From Planctomycetota bacterium (GTDB taxonomy: Bacteria; Planctomycetota; UBA8108; SXIK01): a stretch of 64,000 nt of DNA. Shown piece by piece: positions 1 through 9,745 of this stretch; positions within the stretch are counted from its first letter, which is position 1, and every line of letters starts with the position of its first letter. The notes under the pieces are model-generated. The model had not been told where the DNA came from, made no database searches, and was given only the letters and a program-made list of their open reading frames with translations. The translations under genes and the position numbers were made by a program. The stretch lies in the NCBI GenBank assembly GCA_965223265.1, contig OZ244999.1, positions 2,208,001 through 2,272,000 on the forward strand, given 5' to 3'.

Positions 1-1
1 C

Positions 2-832
2 TCGTCGTTTCAGCTTGTCGAAAACTCCACTAATCTCGGTGTTGCAGCGGCGCTGAATCAGGGCGTCGAGCTGGCCCGCGCCGGCGAGTTTCAATGGCTT
101 TTGACGCTCGATCAGGACACCTGGGTCGACGATGAACTGATCGCTACGTACGCCGAGGTCCATGCGCAGTGGGAGGCGGGTAGACGCCCCCTTGGAATGT
201 TGGGGGCGAATTATCGGCACGATCCTAGCGGCCGGCTAGCGTACATTCCGTCACCGAGCGATGGAGCTGCGATCGCCACCGAGGTGGTGATCACCTCCGG
301 CAGCTTGTTGTCGCTGCACGCCGCAGTGGACGTCGGGGGCTTCGCCGACGCGTTCTTCATCGACTGCGTCGACAACGAATACTGCCTTCGGCTACGCCGC
401 CGCGGCTACGAAGTGATCATGACGACCCGACCACTACTGCGGCATGCTCTCGGCGATCAAAGGGTGCACCGCCTGCTCTGGAAGCGGCCGATCTGTACGC
501 ATCATTCACCGCTGCGCCACTACTACATGACGCGCAATCGACTTCGTCTCGTGTGGACGTATCGGCGTGAGGAGCGACGTTGGGCGCGACGTGAGCTCAA
601 GGCCATGGCAGTTTCGATCCTCCTCCTCGTTCTGTATGAGCGACCGAAGATCCGTAAGCTGCGAGCTGTGCTCGCTGGCGCCATGGACGCGCTGCGAGGT
701 CGCTCGGGACCGCTCCTCGCCGAAGGTCGTGGGGGGGTGCCTGGGCCATCGCCGCAACAGTCGACCGCAGCCATGTCCGAGTCGAGTTCTCGATCGCCGG
801 GAGACAGTCGCCAATCGGTGAGCGCGCGTTGA
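2..832 (+). CDS. Glycosyltransferase family 2, rhamnosyltransferase-like (5'-partial)
   Basis: Frame open from the window edge: NLGVAAALNQG...WLLTLDQD, VITSGSLL, FFIDCVDNEYCLR, YYMTRNR motifs typical of RfbF-like GT2 rhamnosyltransferases. Confidence 0.85.
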   Translation, partial: SSFQLVENSTNLGVAAALNQGVELARAGEFQWLLTLDQDTWVDDELIATYAEVHAQWEAGRRPLGMLGANYRHDPSGRLAYIPSPSDGAAIATEVVITSGSLLSLHAAVDVGGFADAFFIDCVDNEYCLRLRRRGYEVIMTTRPLLRHALGDQRVHRLLWKRPICTHHSPLRHYYMTRNRLRLVWTYRREERRWARRELKAMAVSILLLVLYERPKIRKLRAVLAGAMDALRGRSGPLLAEGRGGVPGPSPQQSTAAMSESSSRSPGDSRQSVSAR

Positions 833-983
833 AAGAGATCCGTGACATGTCGAGACCGCTGGCAAAGGCGCTGGGATTTGGCGATTGAAAAACGCTCACG
901 GCTGCTTATTTTCTGTCTTGTGGTAGTGTGTTCTCTTAGTGGGTAGGTGCGACGTCGCGACTTGATGGAGGTCTCGCGCTCTT

Positions 984-1661
984 ATGCGCATCACTTGGTA
1001 TGGACATGCCGCGTTTGCGGTCGAGGGAGAACTGGACGCAGCTTCCGGGGCGCTGCGCAAGGTGATTCTGGACCCATACAACTATCCGCTGTGCGGTGGA
1101 TATCTGCCGATCGACGATACGGCGGATGTGGTCTCTGTCAGCCACGACAATCCCAAGTACCATTCCGACGTCTCGACGATTCGAGGCAAGCCACACATCC
1201 TCAAGGCGCTCGATCTTTGCGGCCAGACTCAGGTCATTCGCGACATAGAGTTCGCCGCGTGCGAAGTCTTTGAGAATGCTGTGGCAGAAGGCCCGAACGC
1301 GATGGTGAAGTTCTGTCTCGAGGGGCTGACCGTGGCGCACCAAGGTGATCTCGGGCACGCGCTCACCGGCGAATCCCTCGATTTTTTGCGCGACGTCGAT
1401 GTGCTGTTGGCACTTGCGGGTGGACCACCGACGCTGACGATCCCGGATCTTCTTGCCGTGATCCGTGAGACCACACCAGCGATTGTGATTCCTATGCATT
1501 ACAAGACACCGAAGGTCAATTTGGACCTATTCCCGGTCTCCGAGTTCCTGACTGCCTGCGACGAGCTCGCGATTGAACGACCGGGGACAAGCTGTTGGGA
1601 TGTACACCGGGACTCATTGCCGTCTTCAACGACGGTGATGGTGCTTGAGCACGCACGCTAG
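984..1661 (+). CDS. MBL-fold metallo-hydrolase (Lactamase_B_3-like)
   Basis: MRITWYGHAAF N-terminus, DPY, VSHDNPKYH, HQGDLG, VIPMHY motifs. Confidence 0.85.
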   Translation: MRITWYGHAAFAVEGELDAASGALRKVILDPYNYPLCGGYLPIDDTADVVSVSHDNPKYHSDVSTIRGKPHILKALDLCGQTQVIRDIEFAACEVFENAVAEGPNAMVKFCLEGLTVAHQGDLGHALTGESLDFLRDVDVLLALAGGPPTLTIPDLLAVIRETTPAIVIPMHYKTPKVNLDLFPVSEFLTACDELAIERPGTSCWDVHRDSLPSSTTVMVLEHAR

Positions 1662-1668
1662 ATAGGGC

Positions 1669-4575
1669 TTGGCGCTAATGACGGACGACCGCAATGAATC
1701 TTTGCCGATGCGCGCCGATCAAGAGGCGCTCTCCGAGCGTGAGACGATGCGCGAGCTCCGTAGCATTCCGGGAATGCGCCGGTATCTTCCTGCGGTCGGC
1801 CCACGCCTTCACAAGCTCTTGTATCTTGTTTTGACTCTCTTTCTGCTGCTCGCGATCAACTCGGTCTATCTCGTCAGCGTGACGATCTCGGAGTGGTACA
1901 CGGGCGTTGTCCGCCAGAACTACTTTTACCAGTACATGTTTCTCGCCCACTTGGGCCTGGGACTGTGTGGCATCTTTCCGCTGTTTCTCTTCGCTGCGCT
2001 CCACGTTCGCAACGCCAAGGATCGCCCAAACCGTCTCGCTGTCAGAGTCGGATACGCTCTTCTCGTCGCGGCTACCATCTTGGTGTTGACTGGTCTCTTG
2101 TTGACTCGGATCGAGGGTGTCTTCGACCTCAAACATCCGACGCTTCGCCGCACGATCTACTGGATCCACGCCGTGAGTCCGCTTGCGGTGATTTGGTTTT
2201 ACATCCTGCACCGGCTCGCCGGGCCGCCGCTCAAGTGGCGTGCGGGAATCGTTCTCGCCGCGCTGGGGGTTGCGAGCGCCCTCGTCATGATGGCGATGCA
2301 TGGTCACGACCCTCGTACGTGGAAGGACGGCGACGCCGTGGAGCGCGACTTCGCTCCGTCGTTTTCGAAGACGGCTTCTGGTCACACAATTCCCGAAGGC
2401 GTCTTCATGAACGATGCATATTGCATGAAGTGCCATCCCGATGTCTACGAGGACTGGTCACACAGCATGCATCGCATGAGCTCGTTCAATAATCCGGCTT
2501 ATGCATTCTCCATCAAGGCGCTCCGTAAGGAACTCATGGCACGCGACGGCAACGTCGAGGCCTCTCGCTTCTGTGCTGGGTGTCACGATCCGGTTCCTCT
2601 CTTCGCCGGCACCTTCGACGACCCGAATTTCGACGTCAAGAGCTCGGACGGCGGCACTTCGGGCAGCGACAGCGCCAGTGCCGGAATCACCTGCACGGTG
2701 TGCCACGGTATCGTCAGTGTGGACTCACCGCGGGGCAACGGCGATTACACCATTGACGAGCCAGTGCACTATCCATTCGCTGGGTCGCAAAACAGTTTTC
2801 TACGCTGGGTCAATGCGCAACTCATCAAGGCGAAGCCCGCGTTTCACAAGCGTACCTTTCTCAGGCCACTTCATCGCACACCGGAGTTTTGCGGCACGTG
2901 TCACAAGGTTCATTTGCCGAAGGAACTGAACGACTACAAGTGGCTCCGTGGGCAAAACCACTACGATTCGTACCACCTCAGCGGTGTCTCAGGGCATGGA
3001 GCATCCAGCTTTTACTACCCCGAGAAGGCGGAGGAGAACTGCAATGGTTGTCACATGCCGCTCATCGCATCCGGCGACTTCGGCGCTGCGTTTTTCGACG
3101 ATTCGAACGAGCTCAAGGTTCATGGGCATCAGTTTCCTTCAGCCAATACGGCGATTCCTCACATGCTTCGTTTTCCGGAGAAGGTCAATGAGGCGCATCG
3201 ACGTTTTCTCGACGGTGTTGTTCGTGTCGACCTCTTTGGTCTCAAGCGTGGTGAGGATGTTTCGGGCCAACTCCTGGCACCTCTGAGGCCCACCGTCCCG
3301 GAACTTGTCCCCGGCGAGACCTACCTTATCGAGACAGTTATCCGCACGCTTCGACTTGGGCATTTGCTCACGGAAGGGACGTCGGATTCTAACGAGCTGT
3401 GGATCGACGTGTCTGTGACGACCAACGGTCTCGAATTGATTGGCCGCAGTGGAGGGATGCTCTCCGATGGCAGTGTCGATCCGTGGTCGCACTTCATCAA
3501 TTCCTACGTGCTGGACCGGCAGGGACGTCGCATTGATCGGCGGAACGTCCAGGACGTGTTCGTGAGTTTGTGGAACCATCAGATTCCACCGGGCGCTGCC
3601 GACGTCGTGCACTATCGTCTCCGCGTCCCCGAGGATGTAAAGGAGAGCATTACGGTCACGGTCAAAGTGTTGTATCGAAAGTTCGACACGACGTTCTATC
3701 GCCATTTGAACGGAGCCGCCGTTCGCAACGATCTGCCGGTGACCACACTTGCGATCGACAAAGTGACTTTGCCGGTTCGAGGAACTGCGAGCACACCGTT
3801 CAATCGCCGCGTTGAAACGGAGCTCTGGGAGCGCTGGAATGACTACGGAATCGGCCTCCTGCGCAAAGGGAACAAGGGCTCGAGTCGAGGCGAGTTGCGC
3901 CAAGCCGAAGCGGCCTTTCGACAGGTGCAGGAACTCGGCAAGGTTGACGGGCTCGTGAATCGTGCCCGTGTCTACATCAAGGAGGGACGACTCGCCGAGG
4001 CAGTTCAGGTGCTTGGCGTGTCTGCCAAGCATGATCCTCCTCCGCTGCCCTGGACGCTTGCGTGGCTCACCGGAGTCGTCAACAAACAGAACGGTCGCCT
4101 TGCCGCAGCGCGTGAGAGTTTTTCGCAGTTGGCGCGAAACGAGTTCGCCGCCGCAGCTGATCGCGGTTTCGATTTTAGCCAGGACTATCGCGTCCTCAAC
4201 GAGCTCGGTTTGACAATCTTCGAGGAGAGCAAGCGAGAGCGAGGCGAAGCTAGAAGGGAACGGCGTCAGGCGCTGCAGCGAGAAGCGATCGCGTGGTTTC
4301 AAAAGACACTCCGGCTGGATCCGGAAAATACCTTGGCGCATCACAACCTTGCACTCATCTACGCTCGACTCGGGATGCCGGAGGAGGCCGAAGCCCACCG
4401 CGTTCTTCACGAGCGCTACAGGCCGGACGAAAACGCGCGGGATCGGGCTGTCACGCAACACCGAGCTGAGAACCCCGCCGCGGATCATGCGGCAGAAGCC
4501 GTGGTGATCTACGACCTTCAGCGCGTCGGCGCGTACGAGCTGCCGCCAGACCGAGCCGTCGAAATGGAGAAGTGA
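1669..4575 (+). CDS. Membrane-anchored multiheme cytochrome c with C-terminal TPR repeats
   Basis: About 5 N-terminal TM helices with paired His; five CxxCH motifs (CMKCH, CAGCH, CTVCH, CGTCH, CNGCH); TPR-like helices (WNDYGIGLL, AHHNLALIY). Start codon uncertain. Confidence 0.85.
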   Translation: MALMTDDRNESLPMRADQEALSERETMRELRSIPGMRRYLPAVGPRLHKLLYLVLTLFLLLAINSVYLVSVTISEWYTGVVRQNYFYQYMFLAHLGLGLCGIFPLFLFAALHVRNAKDRPNRLAVRVGYALLVAATILVLTGLLLTRIEGVFDLKHPTLRRTIYWIHAVSPLAVIWFYILHRLAGPPLKWRAGIVLAALGVASALVMMAMHGHDPRTWKDGDAVERDFAPSFSKTASGHTIPEGVFMNDAYCMKCHPDVYEDWSHSMHRMSSFNNPAYAFSIKALRKELMARDGNVEASRFCAGCHDPVPLFAGTFDDPNFDVKSSDGGTSGSDSASAGITCTVCHGIVSVDSPRGNGDYTIDEPVHYPFAGSQNSFLRWVNAQLIKAKPAFHKRTFLRPLHRTPEFCGTCHKVHLPKELNDYKWLRGQNHYDSYHLSGVSGHGASSFYYPEKAEENCNGCHMPLIASGDFGAAFFDDSNELKVHGHQFPSANTAIPHMLRFPEKVNEAHRRFLDGVVRVDLFGLKRGEDVSGQLLAPLRPTVPELVPGETYLIETVIRTLRLGHLLTEGTSDSNELWIDVSVTTNGLELIGRSGGMLSDGSVDPWSHFINSYVLDRQGRRIDRRNVQDVFVSLWNHQIPPGAADVVHYRLRVPEDVKESITVTVKVLYRKFDTTFYRHLNGAAVRNDLPVTTLAIDKVTLPVRGTASTPFNRRVETELWERWNDYGIGLLRKGNKGSSRGELRQAEAAFRQVQELGKVDGLVNRARVYIKEGRLAEAVQVLGVSAKHDPPPLPWTLAWLTGVVNKQNGRLAAARESFSQLARNEFAAAADRGFDFSQDYRVLNELGLTIFEESKRERGEARRERRQALQREAIAWFQKTLRLDPENTLAHHNLALIYARLGMPEEAEAHRVLHERYRPDENARDRAVTQHRAENPAADHAAEAVVIYDLQRVGAYELPPDRAVEMEK

Positions 4576-4654
4576 CGCCGGCGATCGCGTGTAGAATAGG
4601 TGGAGATGCCACCGCCTTCGACACGCGATTGCTGCAGATGATATTGAGCCTACG

Positions 4655-6514
4655 ATGACGCAAGAGAGCCGTGAGAACGAGATGCAGCCTCCTCGGCCTG
4701 GCGGCGAGGCCGTCATCGCCCGTGCGCTTAGGTGGTCGCTCGCCGTGGCTGTCGTGATTGGTGTGACGATCACTGCACTCGTTTGGTATTTGAACAAGCC
4801 GAACGACAGCGTGACGGTCGTGGAACCGCCGCCGACTCCCCCAGCTAACCCGCACCGACCTGCCGAGCCGCCGCGAGTCATCTTCACCGATATCACGGCG
4901 GCTTCAGGGCTCGATTTCGAACACACGAGTGGCGCAACTGGTGAGAAGCTGCTTCCAGAAACGATGGGGCCAGGCTGCGCGTTTTTGGATTATGACGCGG
5001 ACGGCGATCCTGACATCCTCTTGGTCAACGGTAGGCCATGGCAACACGACGTCGTCGGTGCAAGCGACCGGCCAGCGCCGGCACCTGCGCTCTTTCAAAA
5101 TGACGGTCGCGGTGGTTTCACCGACGTGACGAAGGACGTCGGCCTGGACGTTAGTTTCTATGGCATGGGGGTCGCAGTTGGTGATTTCGATAACGATGGC
5201 TGGGTCGACGTCTACTTCACGGCGGTCGGTAAGAATCGCCTATTTCGCAACGTGCAGCAGCGTTTCGCCGAAGTGACCGATCCGGCCAGGGTCGGTGGTG
5301 GCGAGGATGAGTGGAGCACGAGTGCTGGATTCTTCGACTATGACGCCGACGGAGACCTCGATCTCTTCGTTTGCAATTACGTGCGGTGGAGCCGTGAGAT
5401 TGATCTGAGCACGAATCAGCAGCTCATCGGCGATGGTCGTGCGTACGGACCGCCAACTGACTTTGCTGGCACGCAGCCGTATCTGTTTCGCAACAACGCG
5501 AACGGCACCTTTTCTGAGATCGCTGCCGAGGTTGGGCTGCACGTGACGTCGGCCGTCGGTGGCGAGGAGACAGCTGTAGCAAAGGCTTTGGCGTTCATTC
5601 CTGTTGACGTCGATCAGGACGGTCGTCTCGACGTGGTCGTCGCCAACGACACGGTACGTAACTTCCTGTTTCGGAACCGCGCCGACGATACTTTCGAAGA
5701 GATCGGTAGCATGGTCGGCGTCGCTTACGATGGCAACGGCGCCGCGACCGGTGCCATGGGGATCGACGCTGCGCACTATCGCAACGACGCCAGCTTAGCT
5801 ATTGGCATCGGCAATTTCGCCGGCGAGATGAGCTCACTATTCGTCTCCGATGGAACGTCCGCGTTCTTCTCCGACGAGACTATCGCAGAAGGTGTTGGAC
5901 CGGTCAGCCGGCAACTGCTGAGCTTCGGCCTCTTTTTCTTCGACTACGACCTCGATGGCCGTCTCGATCTCTTTCAAACCAACGGACACCTTGAAGAAGA
6001 GATCAACAAGCTGCAGCCGAGCCAGCATTACCGACAGCCATCACAGCTCTTTTGGAACTGCGGCGACGCGGGTCCGAGTTGCTTTGTGCCCGTGGCAAAG
6101 GGTAGTGCCGGCGATCTGGCCAGGCCGGTTGTTGGCAGGGCGGCGGCGTACGCCGACATCGACTCCGATGGCGACGTCGACGTTCTCCTGACGCAGACGG
6201 GAGATCGAGCACTTCTCTTTCGTAACGACCAGCAGGAGGGGCACCACTGGTTGCGACTTCGGCTTGTCGGCAGCCGTGCGAATCGCGATGCGATCGGAGC
6301 GCGCGTCGAGATTGATGCCGGAGGAGTGACACAGCATCGTGTCGTCATGCCAACGCGTAGTTACCTATCACAGATGGAGACGACGCTGACGTTCGGCTTG
6401 GGAGCCGTCGACCGTGTCGATCGCATAAGGATCAAGTGGCCCGGCGATGAGCGGCCGTTCGAGATCGGCGGCGGCAAGGTGGACCGCGTCCGCACGATTC
6501 ACCAGCCACGCTGA
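4655..6514 (+). CDS. CRTAC1/ASPIC-UnbV family protein with FG-GAP/VCBS repeats
   Basis: N-terminal TM helix; repeated DYDxDGDxD motifs; C-terminal NRDAIGARV...SYLSQ...FGLG...WP UnbV domain. Confidence 0.9.
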   Translation: MTQESRENEMQPPRPGGEAVIARALRWSLAVAVVIGVTITALVWYLNKPNDSVTVVEPPPTPPANPHRPAEPPRVIFTDITAASGLDFEHTSGATGEKLLPETMGPGCAFLDYDADGDPDILLVNGRPWQHDVVGASDRPAPAPALFQNDGRGGFTDVTKDVGLDVSFYGMGVAVGDFDNDGWVDVYFTAVGKNRLFRNVQQRFAEVTDPARVGGGEDEWSTSAGFFDYDADGDLDLFVCNYVRWSREIDLSTNQQLIGDGRAYGPPTDFAGTQPYLFRNNANGTFSEIAAEVGLHVTSAVGGEETAVAKALAFIPVDVDQDGRLDVVVANDTVRNFLFRNRADDTFEEIGSMVGVAYDGNGAATGAMGIDAAHYRNDASLAIGIGNFAGEMSSLFVSDGTSAFFSDETIAEGVGPVSRQLLSFGLFFFDYDLDGRLDLFQTNGHLEEEINKLQPSQHYRQPSQLFWNCGDAGPSCFVPVAKGSAGDLARPVVGRAAAYADIDSDGDVDVLLTQTGDRALLFRNDQQEGHHWLRLRLVGSRANRDAIGARVEIDAGGVTQHRVVMPTRSYLSQMETTLTFGLGAVDRVDRIRIKWPGDERPFEIGGGKVDRVRTIHQPR

Positions 6515-7251
6515 GTGGTGAGTCGTCTCCGATGCCGACGCCGACGCGGCCCTGGCGTCGGACGACTCTCGAGCGTGCCTCGGCCTTGGGAACGAGCGTC
6601 TTCGCAACGGTGCTCATCGCGTATTCACTGGGTGGGATGAGCAACCATCTGTTTTCAACCGGCTGTTGACTTCATTTCGACTCGGAACGTTGTCTTTGAC
6701 GAGATGTCGACGATGGGATTTCGTAGACCAGTTGTGGCTGCTTTCGTCGTGAGTTGTTGTTTGATCGGTGGGTGCAAGGACGAATCCGGGATCCGCGCCA
6801 ATTGGGATCAATTAGAACTTTCCGAGAGCGAAAGGGATGAGTTGCATTTCGTTCTCAAAAGACTGCCCTCTACTGCCTACACGTATGTTACAGAGGAGTT
6901 AGCGAAGGGGCTTGGGGACTGGGTGCTCGTGGAGTGCTACGACTATCATTCTGGGGAATACCGGTTTTTGCTTCTTTCAACTTCAGAGGCTGGACGGTTT
7001 AGAGTGCTGACGAATCTTGACGAGCCTACTTGGGGGCAGCCTACGGACGAAGGAGGATTTTCTTCTGAGTTCAGAATATCGAAGCATGATTTTTATTTTC
7101 AAAAACCCGAAGATGATGAAGTGAAGCAGCTCTGCAGTTTTCCAAAGCTCGACGTGGGTGTGGTGAGCGAAGCAGAGGATGGTGCTGCCTGGTTATTGTC
7201 AGATTACCGAGGCTCGCGCGCTTTTCTGTATCCCGGCCGTACACCGTACTT

Positions 7252-8739
7252 GGGTGCAGTCGCAGCATAACGCGGATCAGGCCGCGATTTTCATCTCGCC
7301 GAGTATTTGCTCATGAGCGCCCCAGAACGAATCCCACCGTCGACTCAAGACGGCGCAACGTAGATTCAAGATCTGCTGGCCGCCGCGAGAGGACCACCGC
7401 ATGCCGGATCGTTTGAGACGGTGTCCGACGACGGTCTTGCACGCAGCTTCGACGACACCGCTGCCAATCGGCAGTCCCTTGGTGAGATAGGTCGAGTAGC
7501 GCATGTGTTCACGGTTGCGGTCGTAGTATCGTTCGGTTTCGTGAAGAGTCTTCGCTCGCTTCCCTGACGTGATACCTCGCCTCGTGCGACGGTTGCGTAG
7601 GGACCGAAGTACGTGTTTGACCCCGTCCTTCTGCTCGAGAAGCTTCGCACGTTGCTCTCGGAACCACGTTGTCGCTTCCGGGCTCCCGGGACCAAACAGA
7701 GCTTCGGAAGCTTCGCGCAGCTTCTCGGCAGCGTGAAAGAAATCGAGGATGCCTGTGGCGCGCTTGAGGATCGGATGCCCAGACTGATACGTCCAGTTCG
7801 AGAGCGCTCCGTCGGCGAGAAAGACCAACTTCGCGCCCCGAGGAAGGCTGCCCTTGACAGCTCGGACCTCTCGGTCGAGCTTCTCGTTCAAACCTTCCAC
7901 GCTTCCATCGGGCATTTCAGCGACGTACTTTGTTGAGAGTCGTTCACCAGCTTTGTCGTAGAGCGCAATCGTGCCGACCTCCGCCTGACGCCAGCCCTCG
8001 CCGCGAACGTTCACCATGGTGCCGTCTCGACTCACAGCGGCGACCTTAGCCGACTCGGCTTCGTCTTCGGTGGACACAGCGTGCTCGAAATAGATCTCAG
8101 AGAGATCTTCTCCTAGCTCGCCGACTTCGCTTGCTACGTGCTTGATCACCGTCGCGCATGGACGAAGAAAGTGCCAGCGCCGACAGAACTCTTCGACTTC
8201 CGCGGGGACTGACAATGCCGTCGAGTAGCTCACGAATTCGGCGGCCAGCGGTGTCATGCCGTGGTGCAAAATGCCTGCATTGCGCTCCAACGGACACATG
8301 GTGCGAGCCCTCGCCCCGTTGGCCTGATAGACCGTCCGCTTCACTTCGATTTTCCCAAGAAAGCACTGATACTCCTTGGGGCCGCGGTACTTGCGGTAGT
8401 GCCGTTCGCCATCGATGTCGAGGTGCGGTTCGTCAACGTCGCTTTCTTCAAGAACCGACTGTTCGATCGTTCGCCCAAGCTCCCCGAGCTGTTCGAACAG
8501 CGACCGCTCGAAAGCCGACAATGACCGCGGGCTCAAGCCCGCCGACTCGAAATCCCCGAGCGTCTCACAGAGCTGACGCTTGAACTCTCCAAGCAAATCG
8601 TCGATCTTCTCCAGCATTGTCATGTCCTTTCTCTTCACTGACTTTCCAATTCGAAGAGAAAGGACTTTTTTCGTGCCGTGTCAAGCTGCTACGCCTTCGT
8701 AAATCCCTACGAAACCGACGTTATGCGACATCTGCACCC
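7252..8739 (-). mobile_element. Insertion sequence, ISKra4/ISLre2-like (Mutator-like DDE), 1488 bp
   Basis: Imperfect 21-bp IRs GGGTGCAG-N5-GCATAACG at both ends; 8-bp TSD CCGTACTT at 7244..7251 and 8740..8747. Confidence 0.9.
7277..8638 (-). CDS. DDE transposase (ISKra4/ISLre2/UPF0236-like)
   Basis: SRDGTMV, LADGA, LDFFHAAE, GLPIGSGVVEAACK...RLKRSGMRWS motifs. Confidence 0.9.
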   Translation of the reverse strand: MKRKDMTMLEKIDDLLGEFKRQLCETLGDFESAGLSPRSLSAFERSLFEQLGELGRTIEQSVLEESDVDEPHLDIDGERHYRKYRGPKEYQCFLGKIEVKRTVYQANGARARTMCPLERNAGILHHGMTPLAAEFVSYSTALSVPAEVEEFCRRWHFLRPCATVIKHVASEVGELGEDLSEIYFEHAVSTEDEAESAKVAAVSRDGTMVNVRGEGWRQAEVGTIALYDKAGERLSTKYVAEMPDGSVEGLNEKLDREVRAVKGSLPRGAKLVFLADGALSNWTYQSGHPILKRATGILDFFHAAEKLREASEALFGPGSPEATTWFREQRAKLLEQKDGVKHVLRSLRNRRTRRGITSGKRAKTLHETERYYDRNREHMRYSTYLTKGLPIGSGVVEAACKTVVGHRLKRSGMRWSSRGGQQILNLRCAVLSRRWDSFWGAHEQILGEMKIAA

Positions 8740-8913
8740 CCGTACTTTGGAGTGCGCCCGAAAGAATATATAGATATGCCGAGAGATCCCAAAGAACAGG
8801 CCGCGGTGAAGGCTCTACTCACGGTGTTCGAGGTGTGGCAACGGCTCCAGCAGCAAAGGCCAAGTCGCTCTTGTACTACGTACTTGTCAGATCCTGATGA
8901 CGAGTCGGATTAA

Positions 8914-9070
8914 CAGCCCGCCTGAAAAAGTCATTCGGCTGAGAAATCGGCCTCTTCGCGTCCAGATCGGCTGCGGCAAACGCAGGTAATCTCCGAGTTT
9001 TTTGCGGATTGACGCCGTCGAGCTGGGCGTGAAGAGGCCGGTTTCTCGGCCGACTTTTTCAGGCGGGCTG
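8914..9070. repeat. MITE family 1 (palindromic, IS5-like ends), copy A
   Basis: Ends CAGCCCGCCTGAAAAAG...CTTTTTCAGGCGGGCTG; flanked by TTAA/GTAA; core TCTTCGCGTCCAGATCGG shared with other copies. Confidence 0.8.
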
Positions 9071-9232
9071 GTAACACTCAGCGATCTCGAGCCAGCGCAC
9101 GAAGGTGACGCGCAGGTCGCGGAAGCGGATGTGAGGAGGAGACAATCAGGCCGCTCGTTCGGGGACTTCAACTGGCCTAAAAACTGACGAAGTCTAGTTC
9201 TTGGCCGTTGTCGTGAGTCCTTGCCCCGGATA

Positions 9233-9317
9233 TGGCTCTGCCCGGAGTCGAACCGGGACGCCCTTAACGGGCAACGGATTTTGAATCCGTCGCGTCTGCC
9301 AATTCCGCCACAGAGCC
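9233..9317 (-). tRNA. tRNA-Leu (anticodon CAA), CCA not encoded
   Basis: Acceptor GGCTCTG/CAGAGCC+A, D-loop GGAATTGGCAGAC, anticodon arm ACGGA-TTCAAAA-TCCGT, long variable arm, GGTTCGACTCC T-arm. Confidence 0.95.
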
Positions 9318-9580
9318 GCAAAGATGCACTTCGCCTCAGCGGGGCGGGAGCATTGTAGCGGCGACCTTGTCGGCTGTACACCCCTGTTTGGCAGTGTCTC
9401 CGCTCGTCGAGACGACGTCCGCCGCTTCGTTGGAAACACCTCTGGAGACGAGACGTTACCAGTCTCTCCAAAGAGTGCTTCCACGTAGACCGGCCGCTTG
9501 GCGTCAGAGGCGGCGAACGCATGGTCGTCTCCGGGCCTTCGGAGGATTTCCAAACTCGATGTTAACGCATCGGAGGTTAA

Positions 9581-9740
9581 CAGCCTGTTGAAAAAGTGCT
9601 TCGAGCCGAAAACTGGTCTCTTCGCGTCCAGATCGGCTGCGGCAAACGGAGGCAATCTTCGGGATTTTCGAGTATTGACGCGGTCGAGCTGGGCGTGAAG
9701 AGGCCAGTTTCTTCGGCCGAATGACTTTTTCAACGGGCTG
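9581..9740. repeat. MITE family 1, copy B
   Basis: CAGCCTGTTGAAAAAG...CTTTTTCAACGGGCTG with TTAA on both sides (9577..9580, 9741..9744). Confidence 0.85.
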
Positions 9741-9745
9741 TTAAG

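Larger units (their letters stand above)
6704..8913 (+). pseudogene. Putative lipoprotein gene interrupted by an IS (6704..7251 + 8748..8913 rejoin in frame, 237 aa)
   Basis: Lipobox-like LIGGC; removing the IS plus one TSD copy gives ...RTPY-FGVRPKEYIDMPRDPKEQ...DDESD* in frame. Confidence 0.8.

Noticed and set aside
6515-9317. Integrative island at tRNA-Leu
   Set aside because: No duplicated tRNA 3' end (att site) or integrase seen nearby
8914-9744. MITE1 hairpins as integron attC sites or CRISPR repeats
   Set aside because: TAAC...GTTA matches arise from the TTAA target plus CAG ends and fail in CTAG-flanked copies; full copies exceed typical attC size; no cassette array, IntI, regular spacers or cas genes
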